Shown: piece after piece, positions 52,343-64,000 of the stretch
Layout of the letters: the number at the start of each line of letters is the position of its first letter
Numbering within the stretch: position 1 is the first letter of the stretch
From: the human T2T-CHM13v2.0 reference genome, Homo sapiens
Strand: one strand, 5' to 3'
DNA: 64,000 nucleotides
NCBI RefSeq assembly: GCF_009914755.1
Contig: NC_060938.1
Notes under the pieces: generated by a model
What the model saw: the letters and a program-made list of their open reading frames with translations, nothing else
The model's database searches: none
What the model was told of the DNA's origin: nothing
Made by a program: the position numbers and the translations under genes

Positions 52343-55300
52343 CTAAGGGTTCCTCCTGCTTTAAAACCATATAGGGTAACTTCCAGATGTCATGGCATTT
52401 GTAAACTGTCGTAGAGCTGGTGGAGTGACTTTTAGCATGCTAATGTATTATAATTTGTGTATAATGAGCAGTGAGGATGACCAGGGATCACTTTCATCCC
52501 CATTTGGTTTTGGTGGTTTTGGCCAGCTTCTTTACCACATCCTTTTATCAGCAAGGTCTTTGTGACCTGTACTTTGTGCTGACCTCCTATCTCATCCTAT
52601 GACTAAGAATACCTTAACCTCCTGGGAATGCAGCCCAGTAGGTCTCAGCCTTATTTTACCCAACCCCTATTCAAGATGGAGTCACTCTGTTTCAAATGCC
52701 TCTGACAACATCAATAAGTAATTTCAATTCTCAAATACCGTAACTTAAATAATACTTCTCTCTCCTGATTGTTAAAGAGGAAAAGTGGCATGTTCTACAT
52801 CCTTTACTTGGTGTGATTATTGATGACAAAGCTAAGATAGTTTCACCTTTATTGGGAGGAGCACCCAATGTACTCTCAATGTCAATTCATCATCATAAAC
52901 CTATTTTGAGACTTTACAAAGCCCCAAGCTCTGTGATGTGATTTGTCGCTGGAGAGATGAATAATCATGGCTCCTGCCCTTGCAAAGCTTGGGGAGCCTT
53001 GTAGAGCAAACACAAGCCAAAACGAAGAAGCCAGCAGCCAACCTGTCTTGCAGTTTGGCTGATGGCACATTATTTTCTTTTTTACACAAGTATCAAATGT
53101 ACATTTCCTGCCCTACTCACTGGGACATTTTATGGTCATTCCTATGCGGTTAGCTTTTTTAAAGACACAACTGGCTGGTGAGGAGAAGTCATGAAGTTTG
53201 TGTTCCTTTGGGACAAAAGGTAAGTGGAAAGTCCTGCTGATAATTACAGCCTGCTCCATCTCTCCTCCTCCCTGCTTAGCCATCCATTCGGTTTTCTGGG
53301 AAGGTTTCTTAGCACTCAGGCAAGATGAAGGGATTTGAGAAACAGTGAGTATTGTTAAGAATCAGTTAATAGCCACTTGCCTAGAAACATACCTAATTAA
53401 CAAATGGTCCTTTTGAGGTTTATGCAGAGGAATCCTCACCTTTGCTCGTCACCCACTTTGACAATTCTTGTAAGAAATGGAACTGAAAACTCTTTCAGAG
53501 ATTGAGGAATGCGGTTGAGTTTTAGAAACAAGTTTTTGGGTTTTTTTGTTGTTGTTTTGTTTTTGTTTTTCCTTGTTTTCTCTTTCTTATCCAATGATCA
53601 GATCCCTGTGAAAAAGAGGTGATGCTCAGGCTTGGGGTTGAGAAGTTAAGTGTCTCCTACTGCTGGAAAAATTTGTACTTACACTCACATTTGATGTGGG
53701 GCCTCAGAGAAAAAGTGGTTCTCGATTTTTAATTGAAGACATGATCCACCACATGATGAAAATCAGTCTCTTACCCTACTGTGAATAAATGAAAAAGAAT
53801 TAGTTTTTAAGGGACCATTCAAAATACACCACTAATAGAACACACAAAAATCTGTTTAATAATGCTCATTATAATTATTCATTTAAATATAAAAGGACAG
53901 TTTGTTATTCAAAGTAAAAATGGACTAGGTATACATGTTGATTATTCTTGAGATTCTCACACCAATGAGACAGAACCTGTCCCACCCCCCACCCCCAGGC
54001 CAGTTTAAAATCAGCATGAATGCTGTGTAATCTAACCAACAGGATTGATCCAGGTCAGGTATTAAGGGCTAAAATGGATTAAACAAAAGACATTCCCCTT
54101 GTAACAAGAAGGAAAAACTTCAAAGGTGGGATTTGTTCTTGTTATGACAAAGGAAGTGGATTTACAAACTGCCTTGAGGCACACCCCTCGGTGACTTTCA
54201 ATTTGCTCTCCTCTTACACGGAGAGGCCTTTTTCTCCTTCTCCTCTCCCCCACCCCCTCCACCCTCCACACCCCAGCTCCCAGAGTCCTCTCCAGGGTAA
54301 GAACTTCAGGTTAAGAGGATCAGAGCGAGAAGATTTTTTCTTGTTTGTTTTTCAAGACTTGGCACCAGGCATCTCCCCATCAAATGACACTCGTTTGAGC
54401 ATCTCCCAGGTTCCCATCACTCAGATGTAGAGCAGTGACAATACTCAGGGGAAACAGGAAATGCTGTTTAGTTCCCTCCATCAGAGCAGACAGACTGCAT
54501 GCTTCATCCTGGTACTTGCATTTGGTTTGAAAATCTGAAAGAGAGAAATGCAAACAAAAAGCAAGTTATTCTAATGAGTGAAAAATAACTCCACTCCATT
54601 AGTATAGCTTACTGCATAGACTTACGGTCCTGGGTCAGGATTAGCCACATTGGGTTTTATTGTTAATACCGTGATACAATGTATATATACTTTGATACAA
54701 TGTAATAACTTTTATTATGATAATGCATATGTAAACATAATGTATCTCTGAGGAGTTCAAAGCATTTTTCAGCTCTTCTGCATATGTATGTATACCTACA
54801 TATATATTTTACATGAATATAAATACATACATCTATGTATTTATTAATTATTGTACTCAAATTACCTTTAAAATACTTAAGTTCTCTGGGCAGGAAATGG
54901 AAATAGGACTGGTATATGAATGTGTCATCACAGTTTCTCAAACTCTAGTTCTATACAAACCCCTTTAAAAAAAAAAAAAACTCCCACTGCTCCCCAGATG
55001 TTGACTTCAATTACATTTATAATGATATTACTTCAACATGTATGAACATAAAACTAGTTATGTACTCCTTATGTTGCAGTTCTTATTCAATTACAAAACC
55101 AAAGTAAATGGACTAATTACAAACAAATTGCAAAACCAATAAAATTCAAATTAACAACATTAAATTAATGTTGACATAATGTTTTATTGAAATTGAATTA
55201 CCGTTTACAACATGAATATGGTGCCGGCTGCCCCTCCCACATTCTAGTCTAGTGATTTTCCTGAGTGGAGATGAGGGTGTTCAGACTGTGATTACAGAAG

Positions 55301-55899
55301 ATTTAGGTCATAATATAACTTGAACCCAGGTAATGGACTATCTGAGACCACGTGTTTTGGGGGATGTTTAAATATAATTACTATAAAGCAGGAACAGTAC
55401 ATTCTATCAGGATTATTGACAACGATCCAGTCACTGGCCTGCCCATAACTTCTGTTCATTAAGCAATCCCAGTCCTTAACATGGCTTGAGATGATTCAAG
55501 TCTTTCAACTTGCGGACGACTGAATTAAATATACAAGGGTGTGAGGAGACCCAAACTTGTAGTTTCAACATGTTTTAGTGAAAAGAAATCTGTGCATATT
55601 TGGTATTTTAACTACTTGTAATATTTAATGGAATAACAGGCTAGAGTAATTGATCAACCTTGTAATTCCAGAACTAAAATGATTCTCTGTGAAAGAAGCT
55701 GTAAAGACTCTCTACAAAAAATCAGAGTGACTGTCAACCATCTGTGCAAATACACACCCACCAGAGATAATAAAGGTGCTTAGAGAAACATAAATGTAAA
55801 GTGGGCTCCCACATCTATAGAGGCATTCAGAGCCTGAGAAAAGAGCTCCAACAAATTTCACCTCTAGCAGCCTGAGTGGACTATAACAGCTATTCCTAA

Positions 55900-56364
<465 letters not shown>

Positions 56365-56573
56365 AAGATTGGTCTTTCTAACTACCAATTTCAATAATTA
56401 ACTAGAGAACTCAGAGATAATAAAGATACTACATAATTTTTCTACATATCTCATTTAATGGCTCATTTATAAGCCTACTCTATGATCTAAGGTCATCCTC
56501 CGGACACTTTAACAATAAATAAAGGATGTTTTCCAGATAAAACAAAAGGGAAATCTCAAGTTGCTGGTTAGGC

Positions 56574-56985
56574 TGTGCAATAAATAGCAATTATGTCTGC
56601 AACTTTTTATCCCTCCAACTTTTTATCCCTTCCTGTATGTATGTCCTTTGTCATGTAGCTTTGCTCTCCTACCATGGGAATGTTAGTCTGTATGTTAACA
56701 CCCTATGCCATAACTTGCTTTGACTAATGCAATGTTAGTAGAGAGAATGCAAGCAGAGGTTCGAGAGGAATTGTGCATTGCCTTTGCTCTCCCTTGCACT
56801 TCTGCCATCGACATGGGGATGTGCTGAGGCTAGCCTTCCACAGGACCAGAGCTGAGTCACCCCAGTCCCACCAGCCTGGATCAGCCTGCAGCTAGCCTAA
56901 CCCCCAGACATGTGAGCAAGCCTAACCAAGGTCAGCAAAGCTTCCTAGCTGACCTCCAGATGGTCACAGACACGTGAGCTATCAC
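56574..56985 (+). mobile_element. MaLR LTR (MLT1H/I-like)
   Basis: ACTTGCTTTGACTAATGCAATGTTAG...GCAAGCAGAGG...CCCCCAGACATGTGAGCAAGCC. Confidence 0.65.
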
Positions 56986-58986
56986 CACAACCTGACACAT
57001 ACTACAAATGTGAAAAATATATGCTCTCCACGGTCATTGCCTCTAGTAGAGGCGATGGAAGATGTTTCTTTGCATGCCCTCATCAAAACACTTTCACAAA
57101 GAGAGTTGGAGCTAGTGTAAGTTTCAACAACTATGAAAAGATTTGGGCTCTGACCTGCAAGAGCTTCCAGGTCTGTTTATCAAACCAAATCATGATGGTC
57201 TTCAAATCCTATAGAGTTATTTGAAGGTGCCCCTTATATGATGATATTCCTGTTTTAGTTCTGCCTTAAATCATTTTTGATATTAATTAATTATCATTCT
57301 GTTGGGAACACTGCCATATTAACACCCTGGATCTTGACAAACAAGTGTGTCCTCAGATCTCATTACATAAGATCTGTGAGGTAAGAGTAATGACATGTCT
57401 TTCAGGGGCTGGTGGAGGGACTCATCCCAGCAATACATCACATCAATAAATGGTTCTTTGCTATCTAAATTGGACCTAACCAAGCCCAGAAGAACAATGT
57501 CTGATGAACGCTCTTCCCCTGCCTGCTAGATAAGAGAGAAGAAAGCCTAATAGATCTCTCACATCTCTAATTCCTATGATTTGGATCCCAGTAATGAAAT
57601 GAGAAAGAAGCTCTGTGCATCATTTTTAATCTAAGCCTTTATTCCAAAGAAAGGTCCCTGAGGAGTTAATGTCATGTCACTAAGTAATTAGATCTCCATT
57701 GCTTAGCAAGAATTCTATGCCAAAGGCGGGATAATTCTATTAGAAAATGAAACCACAATATCATACAGTTCTGAGGCCACTAAATTTGTATTTAATTATC
57801 CAGGTAATGTAATTATGCAATCAGTTTTAGTCTGATATCAAGAGGGAAAGTTCTTGGTTGTTTTTTTGGGTTTTTTTTTTTTTGGTTTGTTTGTTTTGCA
57901 AGGTTTTGTGAAAGGGCCATGCAATTAATGTGACATACTTAATTACTGGAATGTAAAGATATCTTTGCAAGAATATATCCCCATCCAAGCATGTGCATTA
58001 TATTAGTTGCTTAGATTCTTGCTATTCCTCATGTATTTGTGGCTTCTTATCTTATAATGACCTATGGTAACAATTAGCCCCATGATGGAACAAAGACCTT
58101 AGCACTGTATTGAAAAGCTCAATTTCCACAGTATTCCACAGAACAAGGGAGGAACAACGAAGATTCAGAAAGGAATTTAGATTCCCTTAAATGTTCATAA
58201 GAAAAAGTTTTTAAAAATCTATCCAAATCATGAAAACCCATCCGAGACACATGTTTTCAAGCCCCTTATAAGTGCCACCAAAAATAAGATTCTTTCCTTA
58301 TAACTTATGATCCCTGATAGATACAGATTTTTAGAGTAAACTGGATTCTTAGTGCTAATGCTTGCTGTTGTACCAAAATGGTTATTCAAATTCCATTTTA
58401 TTTAAGGCACACCTCTATCACATAAACAATGTTTCCCTACATACTTTATCTTCTTCAATTGTTTCTTTAAGATTTTAGGTGTTTGCACGGTGGCCTCGTG
58501 CTACCTGTTTCTTTAAGCTGAGAGTGTAGTGGCTTTCCAGGCACTGGTAGCACAGGTAAGAACTTATGTGCCTTCTGGTAAGCCTTCCTTTTCCTAGTCT
58601 TGAACTGTGAAACTTTCCAAAGTCCTCCATTGTCACTCTTGAAATTAAGCAAGCCTACTAAAAATTTCACTTTCAATCAGAAACTATCCTTCTGTGTTGT
58701 TTCTCTTCATTTGTTTATCCCTTTGGCCAATAGCTGTGCAGACTATTTTGTTTCCCAGCACAGGCAGAAGCTTGATGTGTGGTTGTTATTATTTAACGTT
58801 GTTTGAAACTTTGTTCCTGGAGGGTGAACATTCAAGATAAGTGAGCAGGAAATGTAGGCAGAGGCGGGGATGTGTCAATTGCTGATGGTAAAACTGGGGA
58901 ATGGAGCAATTCTGTGACTGAGTTGGGGCCAGAATGCATCTTCTTTATAGTCAGAATAGAAACTTGCTGGCATGGTGGTTGGGAAA

Positions 58987-60028
<1,042 letters not shown>

Positions 60029-60077
60029 TCATTCCTTTGGGCTTAAGCTTCATATTTCTGAGTGTGTTATGAAATTA

Positions 60078-60456
60078 CAGTCACGTATCCCTTAACAACG
60101 GGGATGCACTTGGAGAAAAGTCCTGTTAGGTCATTTCACTATTGTGCGAACATCATAGAGAGTACTTACACCAACTTAGATGGTATAGCCTCCTACACAC
60201 CTAGGCTATGTGGTATGGCCTATTGTCCCTAGGCTCCAAACCTGTACAGCATGTTACTGTGCTGAATACTGTAGGCAATTGCAATACAATGGTAAGTATT
60301 TGTGTATCTAAACATAGAAAAGATACAGTAAAACTATAGTATAAATGACATAAAATGTCACACCCATTAGGACAACTCCATTATAATTGTCTGGGACCAA
60401 CACTATATATGTAATGTACCACTGACCGAAATGTTCTTATGCAGCACATGATTTTG
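60078..60456 (+). mobile_element. Tigger3a-like MITE
   Basis: TACAGTCACG...TTAACAACGGGGAT...CTACACACCTAGGCTAT...ACAATGGTAAGTATTTGTGTATCTAAACATAGAAAA. Confidence 0.8.
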
Positions 60457-60474
60457 CTACAACTACTTCCGTAA

Positions 60475-60700
60475 TACCATTTTTGAGCACCTGATATTTG
60501 CTAGGCACTATGTATTATCTTATTTAAATTTTCACAGCAGCCCTGTGAGAAAAGTGGTATTATTCCATTACATAAATGGGGAAACTGAGGATCAGAGAAA
60601 TAAAAGGACTTGCTCAGAGTTACATAACCGTTCACAGATGAGGTTGCTGTTTACATTCAGGGCTGTCTGACACCAAAGTGCTGGTTTTTCTCACATACTC
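60475..60700 (-). mobile_element. MIR
   Basis: TTGAGCACCT...GGCACT...CACAGCAGCCCTGTGAG...GGGGAAACTGAGGATCAGAGA...GACTTGCTCAG. Confidence 0.75.
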
Positions 60701-60707
60701 CTCTACC

Positions 60708-61175
60708 TATCAGTCAGTGTTCTAACAAAAGAAGCACAGCACGCTCAAAGAGGTATAATCAAAAGGAGCTTAAATAAGAGATTATTTATAGAGGTGTGTG
60801 CAGGATTAAGAAAATCAACAAGAGGAGAGAGTACCTGAGGGCTAGGAGTAGCAGGAAGCCATGACCACCTACAGGCCTGGAGGGACAAGGAGGGGGAATA
60901 GAAATAACAGAACCTAGAGAAAGCTGTAGCCAGGGAGGAACCCAATCCTTGAGAAAACCTGGCCCTTCTTGGAGAGGGGCTGAAATAAATAACCTAATTC
61001 TCTCATCTGCCTCCAATTTCTTGTTAGTGCTTTTCATTGGCCAAACCAAACTCGAAGTTAGAGGACAAGAGAACCCAGGTGATTCAGTCCACTGGAGTCA
61101 GCCTCTGGGGGCACTGAGCAGGACAGAGTAGGATGGAGGGAGGTTCTAGAAAGTCAAGTGGAGAATAACCAGAAT
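60708..61175 (-). mobile_element. Old ERVL LTR (LTR33-like)
   Basis: TATCAGTCAG...GCACGCTCAAA...CATTGGCCAAACCAAAC..GAAG..AGAGG.CAAG.GAACCC pattern. Family name from memory. Confidence 0.5.
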
Positions 61176-61285
61176 GATCCATAAAAATGCAAGTACCCCT
61201 GCAGGGGCAATGCATGGCAAGTTTTTTGAGGCCAAAGTCTCTGTCTGATATTTTCTCCTCTTAATATAATTTATAGAGAAAAATA

Positions 61286-61627
61286 CAGATGCTCAACTTA
61301 CAGTGGGGTTAAGTACCAACAAACTCATCCTAAGTTGAAAATATCAGAAGTGGAAAATGCATTTAATACACTTAAATTACTGAACATCCTAGCTTAGCCC
61401 AGCCTACCTTAAAAGTGCTTGGAATATTTACTTTAACTCACAGATGGACAAAATCATCCAACACAAAGCCTATTTTATAATAAAGTGTTGAACATCTTAT
61501 GCAATTTATTAAATACTATATTGAAGTGAAAAGCAGAAGTGTTGTATGGGAACCTAGAGCTCCCACTGAATGAATTTGGCTTTCAAACCATTATGAAGTC
61601 AAAAAATCATAAGTCGAACAGTCTGTA
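61286..61627 (+). mobile_element. MER47A-like Tigger MITE (copy 2)
   Basis: TA-flanked CAGATGCTC...AAAATGCATTTAATACAC...ACACAAAGCCTATTTTATAATAAAGTGTTGAA...GTCTG-TA. Confidence 0.82.
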
Positions 61628-61666
61628 CTTAAGACTTGACTTATCAGTAGTTAATATCTTGACAGG

Positions 61667-62071
61667 TGTACTAGGTTGCTAGGGATACCATAACAGAATG
61701 CAACAGGCTGAGTGGCTTAAACGACAGAAATTTATTTTCTGACAGTTCTGGAGGCTAGAAGTCCAAGATCAAGGTGTTAGCTGGTTTGGTTTCTTCTGTG
61801 GTCTCTCTCCTTGGCTTGCAGGTAGCTGCCTTCTTGCTGTGACCTCACGAGGTCTTTTTCTGTGCACGTGCATTCCTGGTGTCTCTTTGCGTGTCCAAAT
61901 TTCCTTTCATAAGGACACCAGACATATTGTAACAGGGCCCACCCTAATGGCCTCATTTTAACTTAATCACCTCTTTAAAGACCCTACCTCCAGATCCAGT
62001 CTCATTCTAAGGTACTGTGAGTTAGGGCTTCAACCTGTGAGCTTGCAGAGGGGCACAATTTAGCCCATAAC
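61667..62071 (-). mobile_element. MaLR LTR (MLT1B-like)
   Basis: CAGTTCTGGAGGCTAGAAGTCCAAGATCAAGGTG...CATTTTAACTTAATCACCTCTTTAAAG...CACAATTTAGCCCATAAC. Confidence 0.85.
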
Positions 62072-62479
62072 GGGGTTGGCTTATGAGACTAACTTCTGAT
62101 TAGCTAAATGAGATGGAAAAGGTAAGTTGAAATTGGAGGAGAGGCAGGGGAAGGAAATATCCATAGTGTTTTGCCCAAGAGAACACTTCTGAAGTATGCT
62201 TTGGTTTAGGGGACTCTCCCTGCCCATGGGCAGTATTCAAGCACTGATGGGGTAGGAGTGAGACGACATCATGGACAAGGGCCCTAATAGGCAGGAGATG
62301 CTTATTTTCTAATTTTGCCTAGAAATACACTACCTGGACCCCATAGTAATATACAGCAATAATTTGAACTACGTTTTCTAAAAGAAGAATGCCGTCTGAC
62401 ATAAGACGGACCAAGAAATCATTAAAATCAAATGAAAACAGAATCAAATACCCCAGCAGTGACTCTCAATTCTCCCTAT

Positions 62480-62637
62480 GCATCAAACTCTGTTATCAAA
62501 CTTTAAGAAATAAACATATAGAGACTTGGCCTTTATCCCTGGGGATTCTGATAGAGTAAGTCTGTAGTGGGGTCTTGTATATTTTTTACAGTTCCATAGA
62601 TGATTCTAGTGTCCAGTCATAGTTAAGAGACACTGGC
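62480..62637. mobile_element. MER5-type fragment
   Basis: GATTCTGATAGAGTAAGTCTG...GATGATTCTAGTGTCCAGTCATAGTTAAGAGACACTG. Confidence 0.5.
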
Positions 62638-63194
62638 AAATCTTCACACAGTGGAGTTGTCTATATGTGCAATTGAACACAGGTGAATTCACTCCAAGAG
62701 CTCAGAGAGAAATGTGAGTTTGAGAATGCCAGGTATTTTCTGTAACCATGCGACTCATGGCACACAAGCCCTGGAGTATGTGTGACCAGGAGACTGAAGC
62801 AGGGAACCCACTTTCCTGTGACGGCCAGAGTGTGAGTGCTGCCACACCACGTGTGAGAGGCTGATGTTTTAAGTAGATATTTTTGTACATCATGGTTCTT
62901 AATTCAAGCCAACAACTTCATCTGGTACTCAACTGAAGAAACAGCAATTCGTATTCCAGTTCTGGAGGAGAGATTGTCTAGGTTGGCCTTATTCAGAAAT
63001 TGGTAAATCGGAATTCAGCAAGGCCCCTTTCAAGAGATTTTTAAGCCTCATTTTTGACTGTATGAGAATTACTCCTTAAAAGCTAACTTTAGAGTCTAAT
63101 CTCTATGCAAGATATAATTCCACTGTATTAATTTCACATACCTTGTAAAAAGGAACATTCCAACCTTGCTTTAAACTGAGTGTTCTAAACTATT

Positions 63195-63950
63195 TTATTC
63201 CTCCAACATTGCATGAATATTTATAAGTGCTTACCATGTATGACGATTGCATGAGCAAGACACAGAACTCCCCACGTTTATAGGGTTGCGTTATCATTGT
63301 GGAGAAAGGGATGAAAAGCAAATAATATACTGTACATGAGGTGGTTAAAAGTAGACTAAGGAAAGGCCAGGCGCGGTGGCTCACGCCTGTAATCCCAGCA
63401 CTTTGGGAGGCCGAGGCAGGCGGATCATGAGGTCAGGAGATTGAGACCATCCTGGCTAACATGATGAAACCCTGTCTCTACTAAAAATACAAAAAATTAG
63501 CTGGGCAAGGTGGCGGGCGCCTGTAGTCTCAGCTACTCGGGAGTCTGAGGCAGGAGAATGGTGTGAACCCAGGAAGCGGAGCTTGCAGTGAGCCCAGATC
63601 AAGCCACTGCACTCCAGCCTGGGTGACAGAGCAAGACTCTGTCTCAAAAAGAAAAAAAAAAAGTAGACTAAGGAGTGGTAGGGAGGTAGTAGGAAAATGA
63701 GAAGAGTGCGGCCTCCTGGTAGCCAGTACAGGAAGCGTTTCAAGAAGGAAAGAAAGATCAAATGTTTGGGATCAGATGTTCATGTCAGGCAAATAACAGG
63801 AGCACCTGGAGTTGACCACTGGATTTGGCAACAAGAAGGTCATGATGACCTTGACAAAGGCAGTTCTGAAGGAGCAACAGGAATAAGAGGGTCTGACTGA
63901 AGGGGGTTCAGAGAGAGAAACACTGTGTAGTACATACTCCTTAGAGGAAA
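63195..63950 (-). mobile_element. Decayed antisense L2 interrupted by an AluY
   Basis: GAATATTTATAAGTGCTTACCATGT tail. TTGACCACTGGATTTGGCAACAAGAAGGTCATGATGACCTTGACAAAGGCAGTT is a typical antisense L2 motif. Confidence 0.6.
63365..63658 (+). mobile_element. AluY
   Basis: Y diagnostics (ACCATCCTGGCTAAC, GAATGGTGTGAACCC, GCGGAGCTTGCAG). TSD AAAAGTAGACTAAGGA at 63347-63362 and 63659-63674. Confidence 0.95.
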
Positions 63951-64000
63951 GATGCATTTTTTAAAATGTCCACTTTCAATTCAAGGCTGGGACAAACTCC

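Overview
This is primate (probably human or ape) non-coding DNA. It is AT-rich and CpG-depleted, with no CpG island, no recognisable host protein-coding exon and no RNA gene. It is mostly transposable elements. These include a near full-length, inactivated L1PA5/6 (about 6499-12563) that keeps an open antisense ORF0 and the ZNF93-target segment, older L1PB/L1MA/L1MB pieces, and about 10 Alus. There are many solo LTRs (LTR47-like, MST/MLT, MER34, and MER41B-like with one intact GAS site), a heavily decayed ERVL-type provirus with a readable integrase, L2/MIR relics, and DNA-transposon relics (MER5, MER20, MER2, MER47A x2, Tigger3a). The longer ORFs in the track derive from repeats or simple sequence. 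The most unusual structures are a 91%-identical MIR palindrome split by the L1, a multi-step fold-back inversion inside an L1MB, and a target site hit twice by retrotransposons. There is also a pair of co-oriented CTCF motifs and several microsatellites that appear to have grown from Alu linkers or target-site duplications (TSDs). I see no evidence of a new protein-coding system. All subfamily names come from recalled consensus sequences and need RepeatMasker/Dfam confirmation.
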